Source: Candidatus Electronema aureum (GTDB lineage: Bacteria > Desulfobacterota > Desulfobulbia > Desulfobulbales > Desulfobulbaceae). Taken from it: a stretch of 32,000 nt of DNA. Position numbers and translations under genes: made by a program. This document shows, in pieces, positions 1-7,427 of this stretch. Within the stretch, counting starts at the first letter, position 1, and each line of letters begins with the position of its first letter. The notes beneath the pieces are model-generated. The model searched no databases. It saw nothing but the letters and a program-made list of their open reading frames with translations, and had not been told where the DNA came from. The stretch covers positions 8,020 through 40,019 of the forward strand of contig NQJD01000022.1 of NCBI GenBank assembly GCA_004284765.1, read 5' to 3'.

Positions 1-47
1 GCGACCGCCTTGCCTGTTTTTCCAAAACCGATAATGCCAACGTTCAT
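1..47 (-). CDS. 5' end of an NAD(P)-binding Rossmann-fold protein; continues beyond the window
   Basis: Reverse complement reads AGGAGG, 7 nt, then ATG AAC GTT GGC ATT ATC GGT TTT GGA AAA ACA GGC AAG GCG GTC = MNVGIIGFGKTGKAV, a GxGxxG dinucleotide-binding start. Absent from the ORF track because the window edge truncates it. Confidence 0.5.
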   Translation of the reverse strand, partial: MNVGIIGFGKTGKAV

Positions 48-77
48 TCCTGTTCCTCCTTGAGCAGTAGGTTGTGT

Positions 78-115
78 AAAAAAAAGCAGGGGCAGGCCGG
101 AAGGTCTGGCCCTGC
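78..115 (-). terminator. Intrinsic terminator or attenuator hairpin just upstream of the gene starting at 47
   Basis: Minus strand: GCAGGGCCAGACC (115-103), loop TTCC, GGCCTGCCCCTGC (98-86) gives a 13-bp stem with one mismatch and one G-U pair. It is followed by T8 (85-78), then the RBS at 60-55. Confidence 0.55.
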
Positions 116-342
116 GCTGTCTTCATGCGGAGATGTCGTCTATTCTTCTGCTCCTTTCTGCTTTTAAAAGGCGTTTGCAAGCCATTCAGCCGCCCTTCAT
201 ATCCGAACAACAGACCCGCCGGGCCGTTGAACCGATGTTCAAGGCCGATAAACGGCCCCAAAGGTCTGTTCAACGGCTCGCCGGATACGTTCATCGTATC
301 CTTGCCATACGTTCCGCACATCCTGTGAGGCGTTTTTACGGC
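116..342 (-). promoter_or_regulatory. Structured 5' leader, candidate riboswitch or attenuator of unidentified class
   Basis: Minus strand carries several nested or competing helices. GGATACG-ATGAA-CGTATCC is at about 301-283. CCGTTGAAC/GTTCAACGG arms are present. AACAGACC (270-263) can pair with GGTCTGTT (216-209), whose GGTCTG can instead pair with CAGACC in the 5' arm of the terminator (108-103). Confidence 0.3.
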
Positions 343-374
343 CTGTAAGGGCGAAAAATCTTTCGCCCTTACAG
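343..374. repeat. Perfect 14-bp inverted repeat (hairpin or operator), function unknown
   Basis: CTGTAAGGGCGAAA-AATC-TTTCGCCCTTACAG. No U-tract follows on either strand. Confidence 0.8.
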
Positions 375-519
375 ATTCTGCCGTTTGCAGGCGCAGTTCA
401 GCCCGTCTCGTACCACGTTGTCGCAGCATGATAATCTGCCCTGCTCACCACTTCATACCATAAAGTACAAAAAATTGCCGCAAAGAAATGGCGACTTATT
501 CTTTTTTGTATTTTGTGCG

Positions 520-1239
520 CTAATTTTGGCGCAGCAGGAGCGGCTGACCGACATTATGAAGCTGGCGCAGGGTTTGCACCTGGCCATTGTTCAATTTTTT
601 TGCCAGAAAAAGGAAAAGATAGGCGCACTGAAGGGCATCTTCAAGCGCACTATGAGCCTTGAAGCGCGGCAGCTTGAACTCTTCGGCGATCTCATTCAAG
701 TTGCAGGGCAGCGACTGGTCGCAGTAGCCGTAATCACAGACATAACTGGTCTCTTTATAGGCTTTGACCAAGCGCAGCGTGTCAATTGTCGGGTTTGCCA
801 AGGTGCCACCCAGCACTTTTTTGGTCGCCCGATTGAGATAGCCCATGTCAATTTCCAGAAAATGGCCGATCAGCAGGGCATCACCGCAGAATTCGACAAA
901 CTCAGGCAGCACGTCTCTGATCGGACGGGCGGCGCGGAGCTGATCCGGGGTAATTTGATGGATAAACGTGGCCTGATTGTGCTTGAGATTCAATGGCCGC
1001 ACCAGCGTATGAAAGACATTACCCAGTTCCAGCTGCATATTGCTGATCTTAACTGCACCAATGGAGATAATTTCGTCCTTGTAGCTCAGTCCAGTCAATT
1101 CCGTGTCCAGCACCACGAAGCTGTAGTCGGTCAGCGGCTTGTTTTGGTCGAATTGAGCGAAGCGGCGGCGGTTTTCCACCAGCAAAGGATGCGGCTGGCG
1201 CTGTTCCAGCAGCTCCCGCAGATAACTGAGCAGGCTCAT
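520..1239 (-). CDS. DnaQ/Pol III epsilon-like DEDDh 3'-5' exonuclease
   Basis: 239-aa ORF. Motifs seen: VVLDTELTGL (Exo I), HFLEIDMGYL (Exo II), HSALEDALQCAYLF (Exo III, H-x4-D). Its ATG overlaps the stop of the upstream gene (ATGA at 1236-1239). Confidence 0.85.
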   Translation of the reverse strand: MSLLSYLRELLEQRQPHPLLVENRRRFAQFDQNKPLTDYSFVVLDTELTGLSYKDEIISIGAVKISNMQLELGNVFHTLVRPLNLKHNQATFIHQITPDQLRAARPIRDVLPEFVEFCGDALLIGHFLEIDMGYLNRATKKVLGGTLANPTIDTLRLVKAYKETSYVCDYGYCDQSLPCNLNEIAEEFKLPRFKAHSALEDALQCAYLFLFLAKKLNNGQVQTLRQLHNVGQPLLLRQN

Positions 1240-3170
1240 AGCGCAGGAAAGAAGGTTTTTAACACAGCGTGCAGCCGGTCAATCACCTCAAAAGCATCGC
1301 GCAGCATTCGCCGGTCGAGTTCCGACAAATCTGCTGGAGCGATGTGATTATCCGGCGGCGTGTTTACTTCAAGCTGATTGAGCTGATGCACCAGCCGGAG
1401 CTGCATCTGCATCTCGTAGGCATCAGTCGCTGCTGCCAGCAGTTCCTCGCTGAGAATCTTTTCTTTACCCAACACCTGGAGCCTGGCCAAGGTGTTTGTC
1501 TCGCGGATGCCGTGCCGCAAGGCGAGGATGCGGGCGAAATTGACAAAGGGGGTCAATCCCTGCACCTTGATGTCGAGCTTGTTCTTGTGTTCGCCGTCCT
1601 TATCAACAATGAAGTTTTTGAAGAAGGAGAGTGGTGCTTTGGCAGATAAGCACTGTCGAGCGAGGTGAAAGAGGTACAGCTCGCTTTTCTTGGTCAGTCC
1701 GTTCAAGTGCTGGCGCAGTTCATCTGCTAAAATGGCCTTGCCAAAGCCTGCCCGGAAATCAAAGAAGATGCTGGCGTTCAGCACTTCCTCTGGCTCAGGC
1801 AAGGCAGCCCAGTCGCTGAAGCATTGTTTCCAGGCCGAAAGCGGTTGTCGCCATTTGGGATTCGTTGCCATGATCTCGCCGGGGCAAAGCGGGTAGCCGC
1901 ACTGCACCAGATGCTCGATGGCAAGGCGAGCAAGAGCGGCAAAATACGCTTCACAGGCAGCGGCCTGCTGCGCATCTGCTGGGTCTTCGTACAGAATGGC
2001 GTTGTCCTGGTCTGTGCGGAAGGTCTGCTCCCGCCGACCCTCGGAACCCATCAGCAGCCAGCAGTACGCGACCGGCGGCGGCCCCAGCTCTTCCTCTAAC
2101 AGGGTGAGCAGCCGCTCCAGAATCTGATCGTTGAGGATGGCGATCATCCGGGCGATGTGTCCGGCCCGTGCTCCTTCCTTAATCAGGTTGCGGATCATCT
2201 CTGGAATCTTGCGCGAGAGCGGATATAGCCCATCAATGCGCTGCTGTTTGCCGATTTCCTTGAATAAAGAATAGGGCGCGTGGCCTTGCAGCAAGGCGAT
2301 GTCGTGCGAGGTGATCACGCCGATGATTTTATCCTTCTGCTCCACGGCTAAATGATGGGTGGAGCCGGACATCATCCTGAGCAGGGCATCAAAACAGGTG
2401 GCCTGCGACAGCACAGTGGCCACCGGCGCGGACATCACTGCCCGGATTGGCTCATTAGAGTCAAGGCCCGGTGCTAAGACCTTGTTGCGCAGGTCTCGGT
2501 CGGTGACAATACCGATAATTTGCTCTTCATCGTCCGGTTCATGGATCAGCAGGGAGGCCACTCGGAACTCGGCCATCTTGGCGGCGGCCTGACGGATGCT
2601 TGCGTCCGCCGCGATGGTGCGCGGAGCCTGCCGGATAATATCACCCACCTGAATGGAGAAAAGATGCAGGCTGCTATCATTGCTTCGGCCCACCCGGTGG
2701 TGGCGCAGCTCGCTGTAGGCAGTGGCCACAATCTTTTCCGAGAAGCTCTTCAGGTAGTATTGGGAGAATCCGGGCTGGCTGCTGATCAGCTCAAGGAACA
2801 CCGCTCTCGGCAGAAGAAAGCAGAAGGTGTCCTCCACCATTTCCACGTCCAGATTGGCCAAGGTGCCGCGAATGATGCCGAGCGCGCCGATGCAGTCGCC
2901 CTCGCCCCGGTAGTCCTTGAGCGTGACTGCGCCCTCATCATCAACAATGAAGCACTTCACCCCGCCTTTCTGGATCAGATGCAGGTATTTGATTTCGCTC
3001 TTGCCCGCTTCGAGCAGCCGTGTACCCTTGGGAAAGAAGTCCACCTTCACCTTGCGGGCCACCTGATCAATGATTTCCGGGGCAAGTTCCTTAAACGGCA
3101 TGATCTTGCCGAGAAATTCGGCTACAACTGCCGGGGCTGCGGAATGCGTAGTGCCTTTCATGGGGTTCAT
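1236..3170 (-). CDS. Signal-transduction protein with cNMP-binding, tandem CBS and DUF294 nucleotidyltransferase domains
   Basis: 644-aa ORF. The N-terminal part is cNMP-binding-like (FFPKGTRLLEAGK...GEGDCIGALG), followed by two CBS-like segments. A Pol-beta-type NTase signature GSEGRREQTFRTDQDNAILY is followed by a helical C-terminal region. AGGAG lies 9 nt upstream of the second ATG, so the true start may be 3161. Confidence 0.85.
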   Translation of the reverse strand: MNPMKGTTHSAAPAVVAEFLGKIMPFKELAPEIIDQVARKVKVDFFPKGTRLLEAGKSEIKYLHLIQKGGVKCFIVDDEGAVTLKDYRGEGDCIGALGIIRGTLANLDVEMVEDTFCFLLPRAVFLELISSQPGFSQYYLKSFSEKIVATAYSELRHHRVGRSNDSSLHLFSIQVGDIIRQAPRTIAADASIRQAAAKMAEFRVASLLIHEPDDEEQIIGIVTDRDLRNKVLAPGLDSNEPIRAVMSAPVATVLSQATCFDALLRMMSGSTHHLAVEQKDKIIGVITSHDIALLQGHAPYSLFKEIGKQQRIDGLYPLSRKIPEMIRNLIKEGARAGHIARMIAILNDQILERLLTLLEEELGPPPVAYCWLLMGSEGRREQTFRTDQDNAILYEDPADAQQAAACEAYFAALARLAIEHLVQCGYPLCPGEIMATNPKWRQPLSAWKQCFSDWAALPEPEEVLNASIFFDFRAGFGKAILADELRQHLNGLTKKSELYLFHLARQCLSAKAPLSFFKNFIVDKDGEHKNKLDIKVQGLTPFVNFARILALRHGIRETNTLARLQVLGKEKILSEELLAAATDAYEMQMQLRLVHQLNQLEVNTPPDNHIAPADLSELDRRMLRDAFEVIDRLHAVLKTFFPAL

Positions 3171-3299
3171 CTCCTGTAATCGACAGGTTTGGACGGCTGC
3201 TACAGCCTCATCGTGGCTATCTTAGCGGCAGAGAGGCACTCTGGTAAACAGAAAAAAGCAGGGCAGAGAGAGCCATTTCTGCCGGGTTGCGTTTTTTTC

Positions 3300-3329
3300 T
3301 TGGCAGGAGCGGCCCTTTTTGTGTATGAT
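3300..3329 (+). promoter_or_regulatory. Possible sigma70-type promoter for the yceD-rpmF-plsX-fabH operon
   Basis: TTGGCA (3300-3305), 18 nt, TATGAT (3324-3329), in the divergent intergenic region. It lies very close to the annotated GTG at 3341, so either the promoter or that start is off. Confidence 0.25.
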
Positions 3330-3340
3330 TTTAAATTTTA

Positions 3341-3895
3341 GTGTCCCCGCAGCCGCGTACCGACAAGGTGTCAGAGAGCGTGAACGTTCCATTTGCAGAG
3401 ATTCCCAAAACAGGCAGCCATTACGCAGTAAGCGACGATGCTTGGCTGGCAGAGACTGGCTTGCTGCGCATAGCTCCAGTTGCAGCAGAGCTGAATCTTC
3501 GGTGCAAAGGCGAGAGCCGGGCCGAGGTAGAGGGCTTTCTGCGTACGGCGGTACGGCTTACTTGCGACTGTTGCCTGAACGACTACGACTTTACTGTCGA
3601 TGCTACCTTTCATCTGGTATTAGAAGTGCCTGATGAAGCTGACTGGAAGGTCAAAGAGCTGGAATGCACGGCTGCCGACTTTGACGTGGTGCAGGTTGAT
3701 GAACCAATCGCTGATCTGGAAGATATCCTCCGGCAGCAGTTGTATCTCAGCCTGCCGATCAAGCAGGTCTGTTCGCCAGACTGCCAAGGTCTCTGCCCGC
3801 ATTGCGGTGCTGATCTGAATTCTGGCGGCTGCACCTGCTCGTCCGAGGTGAAGAATTCCCCGTTCGCCGCGTTGGCGGCATTGAAGAAAAGATAA
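3341..3895 (+). CDS. yceD: DUF177/YceD-family protein (23S rRNA accumulation protein)
   Basis: 184-aa acidic ORF directly upstream of rpmF. The C-terminal Cys cluster CSPDCQGLCPHCGADLNSGGCTC is typical of DUF177. The GTG start is uncertain, and downstream in-frame GTGs exist. Confidence 0.8.
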   Translation: MSPQPRTDKVSESVNVPFAEIPKTGSHYAVSDDAWLAETGLLRIAPVAAELNLRCKGESRAEVEGFLRTAVRLTCDCCLNDYDFTVDATFHLVLEVPDEADWKVKELECTAADFDVVQVDEPIADLEDILRQQLYLSLPIKQVCSPDCQGLCPHCGADLNSGGCTCSSEVKNSPFAALAALKKR

Positions 3896-3951
3896 AATAA
3901 TCCATTCTGCCCTGCTTGAGGGCGGAGACGCACTGTTCAAGGAGAAAACAA

Positions 3952-4140
3952 ATGGCCTTGCCAAAAAGAAGACATTCCTATTCCCGCACTCACAAGCGGA
4001 GAGCACACGACTTCCTCACCGCTCCTTCCGTAGGTCGCTGCCCGAACTGCGACGAGCCGAAGATGCCACATCAGCTTTGCTCTGGCTGTGGTAAATACAA
4101 GGGCAAAACCATTTATCAGCTTGGCGACGAGCTGGCGTAA
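3952..4140 (+). CDS. rpmF: 50S ribosomal protein L32
   Basis: MALPKRRHSYSRTHKRRAH... with CPNC...CSGC zinc ribbon. GGAGAA lies upstream of the ATG at 3952. The track ORF start at 3916 is an upstream extension. Confidence 0.95.
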   Translation: MALPKRRHSYSRTHKRRAHDFLTAPSVGRCPNCDEPKMPHQLCSGCGKYKGKTIYQLGDELA

Positions 4141-4146
4141 GCTGCT

Positions 4147-5154
4147 GTGAGAATAGCCCTTGATGCCATGGGCGGCGACCGGGGTTCTGGCCCGCTGATT
4201 GACGGGGCCGTCCAGGCGGTCGAGCAGCATCCGGGCATCGAGGTGCTGCTGCTCGGCCCGGAGGAGCTGCTGCGGGCCGAGCTGGCCCAGCGGGGCAAAG
4301 GCGCGGAAACGCGCCTTTCCGTCGTTCATGCCCCGCAGACCGTCTCGATGGATGAGGCGGCAGTGGACTCAGTGCGCCGAAAGAAGGACTCCACCATCAT
4401 GGTGGGCTTTGATCTGGTCAAACAAGGTCAGGCCGATGCTTTGGTCTCCGCCGGGCATTCCGGCGCGACCATGACTGCCGCCATCCTCCAGCTGGGACGG
4501 TTGAAGGGCATCTCTCGCCCCAGCATTGCCAGTGTTTTCCCTACGCTCAAAGAACCGGTTTTAGTGACCGACATCGGTGCCAACGTGGACTGCCGCCCGC
4601 AGCATCTCTATCAGTTCGCGGTCATGGCCTCGTCCTGCTCCGAGCTGCTGCTGAACCGGGCCAAGCCCCGCGTCGGTCTTCTCAGCATTGGCGAGGAGCC
4701 GGGCAAGGGCAACGCGGCAGTGAAGGAAGCCTATGATCTGCTCAAGGCCAGCAGCCTGAACTTTATCGGCAACGTCGAAGGCCGCGATGTGTACAGCGGC
4801 GATGTGGACGTGGTGATCTGCGACGGCTTTGTCGGTAACATCGTCCTGAAGATCAGTGAAGGACTGGCCGAAGCGATCCAGCAGATGCTCAAGACCGAGA
4901 TCAAGAAATCCTTGGGAGCCAGCCTCGCCTCCTTCTTCATCCGCCCGGCCTTTCGCGCCTTCCGCAAGCGGGTGGATTACGCCGAATACGGCGGGGCACC
5001 ACTGCTCGGCATCAACGGGGTGGGTATCATCTGTCATGGCACCTCCTCCGCAGTTGCCATCCGCAACGCCATTAAGGAAGCAGCCAAGATGGCTGAATGC
5101 CAGGTCAACGCGGCCATTACCCGTCATCTTCAGCAGGAAGTGGTGCAGGCATGA
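4147..5154 (+). CDS. plsX: Phosphate acyltransferase PlsX
   Basis: 335 aa, starting MRIALDAMGGD... and containing VSAGHSGA. Canonical position after rpmF. The stop overlaps the fabH start (ATGA at 5151-5154). Confidence 0.95.
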   Translation: MRIALDAMGGDRGSGPLIDGAVQAVEQHPGIEVLLLGPEELLRAELAQRGKGAETRLSVVHAPQTVSMDEAAVDSVRRKKDSTIMVGFDLVKQGQADALVSAGHSGATMTAAILQLGRLKGISRPSIASVFPTLKEPVLVTDIGANVDCRPQHLYQFAVMASSCSELLLNRAKPRVGLLSIGEEPGKGNAAVKEAYDLLKASSLNFIGNVEGRDVYSGDVDVVICDGFVGNIVLKISEGLAEAIQQMLKTEIKKSLGASLASFFIRPAFRAFRKRVDYAEYGGAPLLGINGVGIICHGTSSAVAIRNAIKEAAKMAECQVNAAITRHLQQEVVQA

Positions 5155-6125
5155 GGCGGGCGGCTGTCCTTGGCACTGGCTCTTGTCTGCCTGAACGAGT
5201 GCTGACCAACGCCGAGCTGGAGCAGATGGTGGAGACCTCGGACGAGTGGATTACTGCTCGCACCGGCATCCGCAGCCGCCGCATCGCCGGGCCGGACGAG
5301 CAGAATTACCAGCTCGCCACGCGGGCGGCCCGCCGTGCCCTTGAGGCAGCCGGAGTCACTGCGGACGAGCTTGGCCTGATCATCGTCGCCACCATCAGCC
5401 CGCACATGCTGATGCCTTCCTGCGCCTGCTTTGTCCAAGCGGAGCTGGGCGCGGCCAAAGCCTTCGCCTTTGATTTGAACGCAGCCTGCTCCGGTTTTCT
5501 TTATGGGCTAGATGTGGCGGCTAAATACATCGTCGCTGATCCGAACATGAAGGTGCTGGTGATCGGCTCGGAGACGCTCTCGGCGCGGGTTGATTGGGAC
5601 GACCGCAACACCTGCATCCTCTTCGGCGACGGAGCCGGGGCCTGCGTGGTCGGCGGCGCGGAAGGGCGCGGCATCATTGACAGCTGCCTGCTTTCCGACG
5701 GCAGCCTGTGGAATTTGCTCTACATGGACAGCCCGGCCAGCACCAATCCTGATCTGCTCGACCCGAAGAGCAAAGGCTGCGTCATCCAGATGTCTGGCCG
5801 CGATGTCTTCAAATACGCCGTCCGGGCGATGGAGGACGTTGTCCGCCAGCTTTTGGAGCGGCAGCAGCTCGCTGTCCAAGACATCTCGCTCATCATTCCC
5901 CATCAGGCCAACATCCGCATTCTGGACAATCTTGCCGAACGCCTCGGCGCGGTGCCGGAGCAAATTTTCTGCAACGTGAACAAATACGGCAACACCTCGG
6001 CGGCCAGCATTCCGATTGCCTTGGACGAGGCGGTGCGCGAAGGGCGGCTGCATCGCGGCGGCAAGCTGTTGCTCTGCTCGTTTGGCGGCGGCTTTACTTG
6101 GGGTTCGATGCTGCTGGACTGGTAG
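5151..6125 (+). CDS. fabH: 3-oxoacyl-ACP synthase III
   Basis: Catalytic contexts NAACSGF (Cys), IPHQANIRI (His) and YGNTSAASIP (Asn). Start taken at ATG 5151 (MRRAAVLGTGS...) rather than the track start at 5097. Confidence 0.95.
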   Translation: MRRAAVLGTGSCLPERVLTNAELEQMVETSDEWITARTGIRSRRIAGPDEQNYQLATRAARRALEAAGVTADELGLIIVATISPHMLMPSCACFVQAELGAAKAFAFDLNAACSGFLYGLDVAAKYIVADPNMKVLVIGSETLSARVDWDDRNTCILFGDGAGACVVGGAEGRGIIDSCLLSDGSLWNLLYMDSPASTNPDLLDPKSKGCVIQMSGRDVFKYAVRAMEDVVRQLLERQQLAVQDISLIIPHQANIRILDNLAERLGAVPEQIFCNVNKYGNTSAASIPIALDEAVREGRLHRGGKLLLCSFGGGFTWGSMLLDW

Positions 6126-6133
6126 CGCAAAGG

Positions 6134-6259
6134 TTTCATGCGCATGACTGTCCGGCTGTCATGTGCATGAGTTTCAGAAGGTCATAAGTATGACTGTCAG
6201 ACTGTCATGAGCATGAGTCTCAGGCAGTCATGTACATGAGCGGGCGCGTTTCATGCGCA
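6134..6259. promoter_or_regulatory. Cluster of direct and palindromic repeats (operator-like) between fabH and the acyl-CoA dehydrogenase gene
   Basis: 28-nt unit TGACTGTCnGnCTGTCATGnGCATGAGT at 6145-6172 and 6191-6218 (25/28 identical). A partial third copy is at 6223-6241 (16/19). The cluster is bracketed by TTTCATGCGCA at 6134-6144 and 6249-6259. Confidence 0.6.
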
Positions 6260-6278
6260 GTGAGCAAAGGAGAACACG

Positions 6279-7427
6279 GTGGATTATTTTCTGACTGAAG
6301 AACAGCGGATGATCAAAGAGACCGCCCGCGATCTGACCGAGGCGAAGATCATTCCCAAGCGGGCCGAGCTGGACGAGCGCAACGAGTTCGCAGGCGAGCT
6401 GCTGGCTGACATCGCTAAAGCTGATCTCTTCGCCGTGCTGGTGCCCGAAGCCTACGGCGGCATGGGTGTTGGCATCTTTGACATCGTGCTTGCTTTGGAA
6501 GAACTGGCGCGGGGCTGCGTCGGCGTGGCCACCAGCTTTGCCGCCTGCGGCCTTGGCATTTTGCCGATTCTCATTTCCGGCAGCGAGGAGCTGAAGGAGA
6601 AGTATCTGCCCGCAGTTGCTGAGGGCAAGAGCCTGGCCGCCTTTGGCCTGACTGAGGCCAATGCCGGTTCCGATGCGGCGGGCATCCGCACCACGGCTGT
6701 GGACGGCGGCGACTGCTGGATTCTCAACGGCACCAAGCAGTGGATCACCAACGGCGGCGAGGCGCAGATTTACTCCATCATTGCCCTCACCAGCCCGGAG
6801 AAAGGCATACGCGGGGCCTCGATGTTTGTGGTTGAGGACGGCGATCCTGGCTTCTCCTACGGCAAGAAGGAGAACAAGATGGGCATCCGCGCCTCAGCCA
6901 CCCGCGAGCTGGTGATGAAGGACTGCCGCATTCCTAAAGACCGGCTGATCGGCAGAAAGGGCCACGGCTTTATCACGGTGATGAAGACCTTGGACGTGTC
7001 GCGGCCCGGCATTGCCAGCTTGGGCGTGGGCTTGGCGCAAGCGGCACTCGACGAAGCGGCAAGCTATGCCAAGCAGCGCGTGCAATTTGGCAAGCCGATC
7101 ATCAGCTTCCAGGCTGTCCAGCACATGCTCGCAGATATGGCGATTCAGACCGAGGCGGCGCGGGGCTTGGTCTATGGCGCGGCCCGGCATATTGATGCGC
7201 ATCCTGAGGACGCAAGCAAGGTCTCGTCCATGTGCAAGGTCTTTGCCACGGATGCAGCCATGAAGGTGACGACAGATGCGGTGCAGGTCATGGGCGGCTA
7301 CGGCTACATGAAAGAGTATCCGGTTGAGAAGATGATGCGCGATGCCAAGATCCTGCAAATCTACGAAGGCACCAACCAGATTCAGCGCAATGTGATTGGC
7401 CAGGAACTGAACCGGGAATACGCATGA
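6279..7427 (+). CDS. Acyl-CoA dehydrogenase family protein (short-chain/butyryl-CoA dehydrogenase-like)
   Basis: 382 aa. Motifs FGLTEANAGSDAAG and ILQIYEGTNQIQRNVIG. GTG start with AAGGAG upstream. The stop overlaps the etfB ATG. Confidence 0.9.
   Translation: MDYFLTEEQRMIKETARDLTEAKIIPKRAELDERNEFAGELLADIAKADLFAVLVPEAYGGMGVGIFDIVLALEELARGCVGVATSFAACGLGILPILISGSEELKEKYLPAVAEGKSLAAFGLTEANAGSDAAGIRTTAVDGGDCWILNGTKQWITNGGEAQIYSIIALTSPEKGIRGASMFVVEDGDPGFSYGKKENKMGIRASATRELVMKDCRIPKDRLIGRKGHGFITVMKTLDVSRPGIASLGVGLAQAALDEAASYAKQRVQFGKPIISFQAVQHMLADMAIQTEAARGLVYGAARHIDAHPEDASKVSSMCKVFATDAAMKVTTDAVQVMGGYGYMKEYPVEKMMRDAKILQIYEGTNQIQRNVIGQELNREYA

Noticed and set aside
1-294. Open minus-strand reading frame from ATG 294 running out of the window (MNVSGEPLNRPLGPFIGLEH...)
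   Set aside because: It reads straight through the hairpin+U8 terminator and through the RBS and ATG of the gene at 47 in a different frame. It has no RBS and no recognisable domain. I kept it as the main alternative that would refute the leader hypothesis.
125-348. Plus-strand ORFs 125-328 and 133-348 from the track (67 and 71 aa)
   Set aside because: They overlap each other in two frames. They have no RBS and a Pro/Arg/Ser-rich low-complexity composition typical of spurious ORFs in GC-rich DNA. The region is better explained as a structured minus-strand leader.
385-1347. 320-aa plus-strand ORF antisense to the exonuclease gene. Similar long shadow ORFs: 2520-3179 (+), 4561-5127 (-), 5508-6053 (-), 6894-7358 (-), 7601-8236 (-), 10061-11080 (-), 12334-12795 (-), 15610-16236 (-), 16372-16818 (-), 19257-19850 (+)
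   Set aside because: All lie antisense to, or out of frame with, ORFs that carry clear family motifs. Their products are Arg/Ala/Gly/His-rich with no motifs. These are classic GC-rich shadow ORFs.
3296-3320. Sigma54 promoter suggested by TGGCA at 3301-3305
   Set aside because: The required downstream TTGC element at the correct spacing is absent (sequence reads TGGCAGGAGCGGCCC). Only a weak sigma70-like reading remains.
3916-3951. Upstream extensions of track ORFs for rpmF (3916), fabH (5097), acpP (12019), glyA (15607), ribD (17775) and the membrane protein (22540)
   Set aside because: In each case an internal ATG gives the canonical family N-terminus. That ATG also has an RBS or a stop/start overlap with the preceding gene.
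6126-6278. Possibility that the repeat array is a mini-CRISPR
   Set aside because: There are only 2.5 units, and they are not separated by unique spacers of regular size. The units are internally palindromic and bracketed by a second repeat. No cas genes or leader are present. An operator or RNA structure is the better explanation.
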